IMG/VR virus record: IMGVR_UViG_3300021400_000621
Span: 1-64,000 of that record
Origin: a virus
Taxonomy: Duplodnaviria > Caudoviricetes
Strand: one strand, 5' to 3'
DNA length: 64,000 nucleotides
Within the stretch, counting starts at the first letter, position 1; every line of letters starts with the position of its first letter. A model generated the notes under the pieces. It worked only from the letters and a program-made list of their open reading frames with translations, had not been told where the DNA came from and did no database searches. Shown piece after piece: positions 27,680 to 36,318 of the stretch. Made by a program: the position numbers and the translations under genes.

Positions 27680-29446
27680 ATGAAATATAAGCTAATAGCA
27701 CCTGTGAATCCTTCATATTCTGCGATTGAACAGGTGCTAACTAATAGAGGTATTCCTCATGATATGATTCAACATTATTTGAATACAACAGATGAGGATA
27801 TAAATTCATTTAAGAGTTTTGGAGAAGATAAATTAAAGGCTGCGGCGGCCGCGCTGATAAAATGCATTCAGCTGGACCAGAGGGCGCTTGTAATCGTAGA
27901 CTGCGATTGCGATGGTTACACTTCCGCCGCAGTATTAATTAATTATCTACATGATTATTTTCCGACTTGGGTTGAAACTAAATTAGACTCAGTTATGCAC
28001 GATGGAAAACAACATGGTATAAATGATCAAATGGAACTAATTGAAGAATGTGATTATCAACTTCTATTAGTACCAGATGCAGGAAGTAATGATGTAGATG
28101 CTTGTACTGAATTAGTACAGAACAAAGGAATGGATGTTGTTATTCTAGACCACCATATTTGTGATTTTGATAATCCTGATGCGGTAGTAATCAATAACCA
28201 ACTCAGCGACTATCCAAATAAGGCACTATCTGGTGTGGGAGTAGTCTGGCAGTTTTGTCGATACCTAGATACATTACTTGGAGGCAGCGCCGCCGCACAG
28301 TACATAGATCTAGTTGCATTAGGACTTGATGGTGATATGATGAGTATGACCTCATTAGAAACTAAACATCTAATCCAAAAAGGTCTTGCCGCAGTAACAA
28401 ATCCATTTATATATTACATGCACGAAAAAAACAAGTTCTCCTTAGGTGAAACACTCACCCCAATTGGAGTAACTTTTTACATAGTACCTTTTGTTAATGC
28501 AATTACTCGTTCTGGTACTCTTGAGGAAAAAGAACTAGTGTTCGCTTCAATGCTAAAACATAAAGCATTTCAAGAAGTACCATCAACCAAGCGAGGTCAT
28601 AGCTTTGGTGAAACTGAAAAAGTAGTAGAACAAGCAGTACGAGTAGCACATAATGTCAAAGCCAGACAAACTCGTGTACAAGACGCTGCAATGGAGTTCT
28701 TAGATAGACAAATCGAGTCTAATAACATGCTCGATCATCAAGTTTTATTGTTTCTATTAGAACCAGGTCAGGTTGATAGAAACATAGCTGGTCTTGTTGC
28801 AAACAAAATTATGGCAAAATATCAGCGTCCTACTTGTGTATTAACAAGAGTAATAGATGAAGATGGAGTTTTATCATATCAAGGCTCAGCCAGAGGATGT
28901 GATAAAGTTGGAATTAATGAATTTAAGTCAATTTGTGAATCCACAGGCGTAACAATGTATACAGCAGGTCATGAAGGCGCATTTGGATTAGGTATTTTAT
29001 CATCCAATATTGAAGCATTTTTAGCTAAAACGGACGAAATATTAAAAGATACACCTAAAGAACCTTTATATTATGTAGACTACGTTTATAGAGAAGAAGA
29101 AGTAAATCCTCAAAACATTTTAGATATAGCTAATATGGTTATGCTTTGGGGTAAAGATATTGATGAAGCAATTGTAGCTGTTGAAGGATTGCGTATCTTT
29201 CCAGAAATGGTTACAGTTTATGCAAAAAAGAATCTAACTCTTAAAATTACCCTCCCTAATGGAGTAACTATTATGAAATTCAATGCGACAGAAGAAGAAT
29301 GTGAGTTATTCCAAGCCAAGAATACTGGTTATGTAGAGATTAATTTAGTTGGTAAGTGTAATGCCAATGAATGGATGGGTAATATTACTGCTCAAATTTT
29401 CTGTGAAGAGTATGAAGTAGTAGATAGCAATAAATACTTTTTTTAA
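27680..29446 (+). CDS. recJ: RecJ-like DHH ssDNA exonuclease
   Basis: DCDCDG, PDAG, LDHH, GSAR, GHEGAFG. Confidence 0.88.
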   Translation: MKYKLIAPVNPSYSAIEQVLTNRGIPHDMIQHYLNTTDEDINSFKSFGEDKLKAAAAALIKCIQLDQRALVIVDCDCDGYTSAAVLINYLHDYFPTWVETKLDSVMHDGKQHGINDQMELIEECDYQLLLVPDAGSNDVDACTELVQNKGMDVVILDHHICDFDNPDAVVINNQLSDYPNKALSGVGVVWQFCRYLDTLLGGSAAAQYIDLVALGLDGDMMSMTSLETKHLIQKGLAAVTNPFIYYMHEKNKFSLGETLTPIGVTFYIVPFVNAITRSGTLEEKELVFASMLKHKAFQEVPSTKRGHSFGETEKVVEQAVRVAHNVKARQTRVQDAAMEFLDRQIESNNMLDHQVLLFLLEPGQVDRNIAGLVANKIMAKYQRPTCVLTRVIDEDGVLSYQGSARGCDKVGINEFKSICESTGVTMYTAGHEGAFGLGILSSNIEAFLAKTDEILKDTPKEPLYYVDYVYREEEVNPQNILDIANMVMLWGKDIDEAIVAVEGLRIFPEMVTVYAKKNLTLKITLPNGVTIMKFNATEEECELFQAKNTGYVEINLVGKCNANEWMGNITAQIFCEEYEVVDSNKYFF

Positions 29447-29569
29447 TATATAGGCTCACACGCCGTAGCCGAGAGGAAAAATTAGGCTGAAGGCGCGCGC
29501 ACGACCGAATTTCAAGAGGAAAAATAGCTCTAGGATTTTTTAAAACCGATTTTACGTATAAGGAAGAAA

Positions 29570-30754
29570 ATGATATTAACTCAAAAGCAAGAAGAAGGAT
29601 TAAGAATAGCTGTAGAACGTCACAGAGCTGGTGAAAAATATACTGTAATATCTGGCTATGCTGGATCTGGTAAGTCTACTCTGGTACGATTTATTATAGA
29701 TGCACTTGATGTAGAGGAAGATAGAGTATGCTATTGTGCTTTTACTGGCAAGGCGGCGGAGGTGCTCCGGAAGAAAGGTAACAAGAACGTAAGCACCTTA
29801 CACCGACTGCTTTATGAGCATATTCCTAGGCCAGCAGGCGGTTTTTTCCGCAAACCAAAACCAAGAATTGATTATGATATAGTAGTAGTTGATGAGGTAT
29901 CAATGGCGCCAAAGTCACTAATTGATTTACTCTTTTCACATAATAGACCTTATATCGTATGTCTTGGTGACCCGTTCCAGTTGCCACCAATTGATAAGGA
30001 TGAGGATAATCACCTACTTGACCATCCACATGTATTCTTGGATGAAATTGTGCGGCAGGCCCAGGAATCTGAAATTATTAGACTGACTATGCAGATTCGT
30101 AATCAAGATCCAATTGATTATATTGATGGTAATGAAGTCAAAGTAATGCCATATAGTCAGCTTAATACGGGTGTACTGCAGTGGGGTGACCAGATACTTA
30201 CAGCAACTAATGCAAAACGTCATTCAATCAATAACCAAATGCGAGCATTAATGGGTAGAACTGGTGGGCCTATTGATGGAGATAAGATTATCTGTTTGAG
30301 AAATTATTGGGAAGATTCAAGTATGAATGGTGATGCCTTAGTTAATGGCACTATAGGTATCTTATCAAACAGCTTTCAAACCTGGAGAGAATTACCAAGA
30401 TTTATAAAAAGTGATATATCTCGATTTGATGTATTAGTCGGTGATTTAGTAGTACCAGATACACAAGATATATATCCTATGGTAGATATAGATCACCATA
30501 TGATGTTAACAGGTGATAAATGTTGTGATTGGCGTTTATCATATAAATTAGGTAAATTAAAACATAAATATGGAGAAATAGTTCCAAAAGAATTTACTTA
30601 TGCCTATGCTATTACTTGTCATAAGAGTCAGGGTTCAGAATGGGATAAGGTATTAGTTCTTGAAGAAAATTTCCCATTTGATAAAACAGAACACGCACGT
30701 TGGCTATACACTGCCGCAACGCGTGCTTCAGATAAATTAGTATTAGTGAGATAA
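29570..30754 (+). CDS. Dda/RecD-like SF1B helicase
   Basis: GYAGSGKS, DEVSM, GDPFQLPP, RQA, AITCHKSQGSEW, YTAATRA. Confidence 0.88.
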   Translation: MILTQKQEEGLRIAVERHRAGEKYTVISGYAGSGKSTLVRFIIDALDVEEDRVCYCAFTGKAAEVLRKKGNKNVSTLHRLLYEHIPRPAGGFFRKPKPRIDYDIVVVDEVSMAPKSLIDLLFSHNRPYIVCLGDPFQLPPIDKDEDNHLLDHPHVFLDEIVRQAQESEIIRLTMQIRNQDPIDYIDGNEVKVMPYSQLNTGVLQWGDQILTATNAKRHSINNQMRALMGRTGGPIDGDKIICLRNYWEDSSMNGDALVNGTIGILSNSFQTWRELPRFIKSDISRFDVLVGDLVVPDTQDIYPMVDIDHHMMLTGDKCCDWRLSYKLGKLKHKYGEIVPKEFTYAYAITCHKSQGSEWDKVLVLEENFPFDKTEHARWLYTAATRASDKLVLVR

Positions 30755-30766
30755 AAGGAGGTTGTT

Positions 30767-31174
30767 GTGTATACAGTTCAATTCGGAGAATATACTCTTC
30801 CATTAGTAAGAGATTTATATAATTGGTTTGAAGATTATGTAGAAATAATGATTGACCCTGCGCAGGTTGATATGGAAACAGTTCATCAAATCTTATCTAG
30901 TGCTAACAATTTAGCTATTATTAAAATTTTTGATGATGATAACAAATTAGTAGCTATTTCAGACCATATTTTTACAGAGTATGATTCTATTAATCGTGTT
31001 CCAAAATATACTGTAGGTTATTATAATGAGTTTGGAGTAAGAGAAAAACAATATGTAGATGTTATTGTAGCACATATTAAAAAGCCAACTACAGAAACTA
31101 GTATGAGAAAAATAAAGTCTGATATGGAATATATTGCTATTATGTCTGATATTGATATGGATGAAGAAATATAA
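30767..31174 (+). CDS. Paralogue of tail-module gene 44179..44580
   Basis: GGAGG RBS, GTG start; C-terminus KSDMEYIAIMSDID vs TSDIEYIAIMSDIE. Confidence 0.65.
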   Translation: MYTVQFGEYTLPLVRDLYNWFEDYVEIMIDPAQVDMETVHQILSSANNLAIIKIFDDDNKLVAISDHIFTEYDSINRVPKYTVGYYNEFGVREKQYVDVIVAHIKKPTTETSMRKIKSDMEYIAIMSDIDMDEEI

Positions 31175-31183
31175 GGAGTAATT

Positions 31184-31444
31184 ATGCTAATCTACACAGA
31201 TGTAACTTATTCAGCAGAAGTTTATGGCACAAGAGAATATGACACAGCTGAAGTTCTAAGTACAGAAGAAGAAGATAGATTAAGAGACCTTGATGAAAAG
31301 GAAGATAAAACAACAAAAGAACTTGATGAAATGCATGAACTTATTTCAAAAGTAATAGCTAATGGTTCAATTTATGATGAATGGGAAGATGATGTTACTT
31401 ACTATGATTTAATTGCTGAAGATTTTAGAGAACTTGATCAATAA
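31184..31444 (+). CDS. Hypothetical acidic protein
   Basis: AAGGAG RBS. Confidence 0.6.
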   Translation: MLIYTDVTYSAEVYGTREYDTAEVLSTEEEDRLRDLDEKEDKTTKELDEMHELISKVIANGSIYDEWEDDVTYYDLIAEDFRELDQ

Positions 31445-31450
31445 TTAAAG

Positions 31451-31503
31451 ATGGGGGATAGAAATATCCCCCATTTGATTTTTTTTATTTTATATGATAT
31501 AAT
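31451..31503 (+). promoter_or_regulatory. Terminator hairpin fused to promoter
   Basis: ATGGGGGATA-4 nt-TATCCCCCAT; TTGATT(31475)-17 nt-TATAAT with TG. Confidence 0.7.
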
Positions 31504-31532
31504 ATAAATAAGAAAGATTATGAAAGGATAAA

Positions 31533-34500
31533 TTGTTAATGAATCGTTTTGAGTGTCATAGCCATACAGAATACTCGAACTTAAGACTTCTGGATTGTAT
31601 CAACAAGCCAAAGAATCTGGTTCAAAGGGCAATAGACATAGGGTTAAGTGGTATAGCAATTACAGACCATGAATGTTTAAGCGCAGCAATTAAATTAAAT
31701 CAGATTCAAAAAGATTGTCCAGATGGATTTAAGATAGCATTAGGAAATGAGATATACTTGGTTGATTCAAGAATGAATGGACAGAAGTATTATCATTTCA
31801 TTTTGATTGCAAAAGATAAAATAGGATTTAGGCAATTAAGAGAATTATCTTCAAGAGCATGGATGCAAAGTTATTTTGATAGAGGACTTGAGAGAGTTCC
31901 AACTTTGAAGTCTGAAATTGAAGAAGTTATAGGGCGGCAGCCGGGTCATGTCATCGCCACAACTGCATGTATTGGCGGCGAATTATCCAGTTCAGTTTTA
32001 AGAATGGAAAAAGCAAGAACAATTGGTGACATGAATGAAGCCACGGCCGCATATAATCAGATAACTACATTTATTGATTGGTGTAAATCAATCTTTAATG
32101 ATGATTTTTATATTGAGTGTGCTCCCGCCGCAAGCAAAGACCAGATTATTGTAAATAAAAAACTTGTACAAATAGCACAGGTTTATAATATCAAAATGGT
32201 CATTGGATGTGATGCGCATTATCTGACAAAAGCAGATAGATATGTACATAAGGCATATCTGAACTCAAAGGGCGGCGAGAGAGAAGTAGATGAATTTTAT
32301 GAGTATTCATATCTACAAACAGAAGAAGAAATAAAACAGAATTTAACTCCGTCTATTGTTGAATTGTATGAAACAATGTGTAATAATAGTATGGAGATTT
32401 ATGATAAAATAGAAATATATGATTTGTCTGGAGCGCAGAAAGTTCCATCAGTTCCGATTAAAGATTATCCAAAAGTAAATAAAAAACTTGAATCTTATCC
32501 AACTCTTGAATATTTATTTAATAGTGATGATGAATATGATAGAAACTGGATAAATCAATGTTGGAATAAACTTGAAGAGAAAAATATTCTTAATGATGAA
32601 TATTTAAAGGAACTTGAATATGAAGCAGATATTAAGAAAGCAGTCGGAGATAAATTAGGAACGAATGTTTTTAAATATCCGATAACTCTTCAATATTATA
32701 TTGACTTAATGTGGGATAGTGGCAGCCTCATAGGGGCCGGCCGCGGTAGTTCGATGGCAGGTTTAAATCATTATCTTTTAGGTGTAACTCAGATTGACCC
32801 AGTTAAGACAAAACTGAATTATTTCTGGCGTTATATGAATAAAGATAGAGTAGAACTTCCAGATATTGATATTGACCTTTGTCCAAGTAAGCGTCCATTG
32901 ATTTTGAATAAAATCAAAAAGGAAAGAGGACAAAGATTTAATAGTAATATAGATGAATTATCAAGAAATAATCTTGGTTGTACATTAGTTGCAACTTTTG
33001 GAACTGAAACAGCAAAGTCAACAATCTTAACTGCATGTCGTGGTTATAGAAGTGAAGTATATCCAGATGGTATTGATACAGATAATGCTCAGTATTTATC
33101 TTCTCTTGTTCCACAGGAAAGAGGAGCATTATGGTCTATAGATGAAATGGTTTATGGCAATAAAGAAAAAGGACGTAAACCAGTTCAATTATTTAATCAA
33201 GAGTTAGAAAAGTATCCTGGATTAATTGAAATTATGTTCGGTATTCAGGGATTGATTAATAAGCGTAGTTCACATGCATCTGGTGTAATCTTTTTCGATG
33301 AAGATCCATATGAAGTTGGTTGCTTTATGAGAACACCAAAAGGCGAGATTATAACTCAATGGGACTTACATGATTGTGAGTGGGCTTCAATGGTTAAGTA
33401 TGATTTTCTTGTAACTGAAATTGAAGATAAACTTTGTCAGACAATTAAGTTCTTACAAGAAGATGGTCAGATTGAAAAAGATTTAACTTTAAGAGAAGTA
33501 TATGATAAATATTTCCACCCAGACGTTTTACCAATAGAAGATGAAGAAACTTGGTTAAACATTCGCGGCGGCCGCGTTCTGAATTTGTTCCAGTTCGATA
33601 GTATGTCTGGTAGCCAGGGTATTAAAAAGGTTCAGCCGCAAAATATCCAAGAACTTGCAGATACAAATGGTCTGATTCGTCTTATGGCGGGTGAGGGTCA
33701 GGAACTGCCGATGGATAAATATGTAAGGTTTAAGAAGAATCTTCATTTGTGGTATGATGAAATGCGTCAGTATGGTTTAACAAAAGAACAACAAGCTGTG
33801 TTAGAGCCATACTTTAAACCATTTTATGGAGTTCCAATTAGCCAAGAAGTTCTTATGAGAATGGTAATGGATGAAAAGACTTGTGGATTTTCATTAAAAG
33901 AAGCGAATGAACTTAGAAAAGTTCTCGCAAAGAAGCAAGTCCAAAAGATTCCAATTATGAAAGATAAGATTATCGAAAGAGCAGAAACACCTCAGATGGG
34001 TAAATATATCTGGGAGTGTGGAGCCGGTCCGCAGATGTCTTATTCATTCTCAGTTCTTCATGCAACAGCATATAGTTATATTGGTTATCAAACAGCTTAT
34101 ATTGCAACAAGATGGAATCCGATTTATTGGAATACAGCTTGTCTGGTTGTTAATTCTGGTTCTCTTGAAGAAGATGATATTGAGTTCTTTGAGGATGAAG
34201 ATGGAGATATTATTGGTTCTGGAAAGAAAGAATCAACAACTGATTATGCAAAATTAGCAACAGCGTTGGGTGAAATTATTGAACAGGGTATTAAAGTATC
34301 TTTAATAGATATTAATAAGTCTGACTATAGCTTCAAACCAGATGTTGACAATAATCAGATATTGTTTGGTATGAAGGCGTTAAGTAATGTCAATAGTTCA
34401 GCAATAGAAGAAATCAAAGCAAATAGACCTTATATAAGTATTAAGGACTTTATGAATAAATGTAACCTTAAGAAAACTGCGATGATTAGTTTGATTAAGG

Positions 34501-35474
34501 GTGGAGCGTTTGATAATCTTGAAACTGAATGGGCGGCGGCGGTGAATGTCAATCCCCGTATCCTGGTCATGTCGTATTATATATCTAAGATTAGTGAACC
34601 AAAGTCTAGATTAACATTACAGAACTTCAACGGGTTAATGGAAAGACAAGTCATTCCTGCAAGTTTAAATAAGCAGAAAGATATATTCATTTTAAACAAA
34701 TGGTTAAAGAATTATAAAATGAAAGATTATTATTCTTTAGAGTTTGATAAAATGTATAGAATATATTGTCATTATTGTGATGAAGAATTGTTAGAAGTAA
34801 TAAATGGTATTCCATGTATTCAGCAGAAAGTTTGGGATAAAGTATATAAAGCAATTATGGAAGATGCGAAAGTATGGATGAAATCGCATCAAAAAGAATT
34901 GTTAGATATGTATAACACAGAACTTTTCAAAGAGATGTGGGATAAATATGCAATTGGTAATATTTCATCTTGGGAAATGGACGCATTATGTTTTTATTAT
35001 AATGACCATGAATTAAAAGATGTAGATATGGGTAAGTATGGAATTGTTGATTTTAATACTTTACCAAGAGAACCAAGAATCGCATATAGATATAAGAGAA
35101 ATGGTCAAAATTTGCCGGTGTTTGAATTAACTCGAATAGCTGGAACAGTTGTTAGTAAAAATGATATGCGTCATACAATTTCATTATTAACAACTTCTGG
35201 TGTAGTGACAGTTAAGTTCACGAAAGACTATTATGCGCGGGCGGGCAGACAGATTTCTGAAGTCGGGTCCGATGGGAAGAAGCATGTCCAGGAAAAAGGA
35301 TGGTTTGTACGTGGTACAAAGCTGATGGTTACCGGGTTCCGCCGCGAGGATACATTCGTAGCAAAAACATATAAGAATAGTTCTGGTCATCAGTTATATA
35401 AAATAACAGATGTATATGGTAATAATCTTGAATTAATTCATACAAGATATGGAGAGGAATCAGATGACGATTGA
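31533..35474 (+). CDS. dnaE: DNA polymerase III alpha subunit (family C) with PHP domain
   Basis: HSHTEYS, ITDH, GAGRGS, PDIDID, HASG, KYDFL, YSFSVLHATAY; C-terminal OB fold. Confidence 0.93.
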   Translation: MLMNRFECHSHTEYSNLRLLDCINKPKNLVQRAIDIGLSGIAITDHECLSAAIKLNQIQKDCPDGFKIALGNEIYLVDSRMNGQKYYHFILIAKDKIGFRQLRELSSRAWMQSYFDRGLERVPTLKSEIEEVIGRQPGHVIATTACIGGELSSSVLRMEKARTIGDMNEATAAYNQITTFIDWCKSIFNDDFYIECAPAASKDQIIVNKKLVQIAQVYNIKMVIGCDAHYLTKADRYVHKAYLNSKGGEREVDEFYEYSYLQTEEEIKQNLTPSIVELYETMCNNSMEIYDKIEIYDLSGAQKVPSVPIKDYPKVNKKLESYPTLEYLFNSDDEYDRNWINQCWNKLEEKNILNDEYLKELEYEADIKKAVGDKLGTNVFKYPITLQYYIDLMWDSGSLIGAGRGSSMAGLNHYLLGVTQIDPVKTKLNYFWRYMNKDRVELPDIDIDLCPSKRPLILNKIKKERGQRFNSNIDELSRNNLGCTLVATFGTETAKSTILTACRGYRSEVYPDGIDTDNAQYLSSLVPQERGALWSIDEMVYGNKEKGRKPVQLFNQELEKYPGLIEIMFGIQGLINKRSSHASGVIFFDEDPYEVGCFMRTPKGEIITQWDLHDCEWASMVKYDFLVTEIEDKLCQTIKFLQEDGQIEKDLTLREVYDKYFHPDVLPIEDEETWLNIRGGRVLNLFQFDSMSGSQGIKKVQPQNIQELADTNGLIRLMAGEGQELPMDKYVRFKKNLHLWYDEMRQYGLTKEQQAVLEPYFKPFYGVPISQEVLMRMVMDEKTCGFSLKEANELRKVLAKKQVQKIPIMKDKIIERAETPQMGKYIWECGAGPQMSYSFSVLHATAYSYIGYQTAYIATRWNPIYWNTACLVVNSGSLEEDDIEFFEDEDGDIIGSGKKESTTDYAKLATALGEIIEQGIKVSLIDINKSDYSFKPDVDNNQILFGMKALSNVNSSAIEEIKANRPYISIKDFMNKCNLKKTAMISLIKGGAFDNLETEWAAAVNVNPRILVMSYYISKISEPKSRLTLQNFNGLMERQVIPASLNKQKDIFILNKWLKNYKMKDYYSLEFDKMYRIYCHYCDEELLEVINGIPCIQQKVWDKVYKAIMEDAKVWMKSHQKELLDMYNTELFKEMWDKYAIGNISSWEMDALCFYYNDHELKDVDMGKYGIVDFNTLPREPRIAYRYKRNGQNLPVFELTRIAGTVVSKNDMRHTISLLTTSGVVTVKFTKDYYARAGRQISEVGSDGKKHVQEKGWFVRGTKLMVTGFRREDTFVAKTYKNSSGHQLYKITDVYGNNLELIHTRYGEESDDD

Positions 35475-35691
35475 TAACACTTGGATATATTACCCTGAAC
35501 AATGTGAGTATTGTAAGAATAATGATGGGTTCTGCGAGTATGCTCGTGGAACCCGCGCTGCAATACAAGCGTTGCAATGGTTAGATAGAAATATAAAAGC
35601 ATATGGTTCATATCAGTTTAAATGTGATTATTTTATATTAGATATGGATAAATATAACTCAAATAGAATGGAGGTTATGTGCGGTGATTAA
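35464..35691 (+). CDS. Small Cys-containing hypothetical protein
   Basis: CEYC...FCEY...KCDY; GGAGAGG RBS. Confidence 0.55.
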   Translation: MTIDNTWIYYPEQCEYCKNNDGFCEYARGTRAAIQALQWLDRNIKAYGSYQFKCDYFILDMDKYNSNRMEVMCGD

Positions 35692-36241
35692 AATTGTTGC
35701 ATTATTTGGGGCGGCGGGCTCCGGTAAGGATACTCTTCAGAATCTAGTTACAGAATGCCTTGATGTTAATCCCCTTGTCAGTACCACAACGCGGCCGCCG
35801 CGTGGGGGTGAAATTGAAGGAGATGCATATCATTTTGTAACAGAAGAGGACTTCATGAATGAACCAATGTTAGAATACACAACTTTCCGTGGATGGTATT
35901 ATGGTACACCTTATTCTGCTATTGATAAGCATAAACTTAACATAGGCGTATTTAACATATCAGGCATCAAACAAATGATGCAATATAGTAAAATCATTAA
36001 AATTCTTCCAATCTATATTAAATGTGAAGATAGGGTTCGTCTTGAGCGTCAGCTTAGTAGAGAAGAATATCCAGATTGTGAAGAAATTTGTAGACGTTAT
36101 CTTACAGATAAAAAGGACTTCAAAGAAGAGAATATCACCTTTGATTATCATTGGATAGATAATTCCGAAGACCTAGGTGATACACTTGAAAATCTTGTAT
36201 CAACTATTGCTGAATGGGACAAAACACTTGAGGATAAATAA
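35684..36241 (+). CDS. gmk: Guanylate kinase-like protein
   Basis: GAAGSGKD, STTTRPPR.GE.EG..YHFV, WYYGT. Confidence 0.85.
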   Translation: MIKIVALFGAAGSGKDTLQNLVTECLDVNPLVSTTTRPPRGGEIEGDAYHFVTEEDFMNEPMLEYTTFRGWYYGTPYSAIDKHKLNIGVFNISGIKQMMQYSKIIKILPIYIKCEDRVRLERQLSREEYPDCEEICRRYLTDKKDFKEENITFDYHWIDNSEDLGDTLENLVSTIAEWDKTLEDK

Positions 36242-36260
36242 GGTAATTTTCATATATAAT

Positions 36261-36285
36261 AGGTCTGGCATACTTTGCCAGACCT
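36261..36285 (+). terminator. Hairpin, terminator-like
   Basis: AGGTCTGGCA-tactt-TGCCAGACCT; no long T tract. Confidence 0.5.
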
Positions 36286-36318
36286 CCTTAAAATATTTAA
36301 ATAATTAGGAGAGTATAT

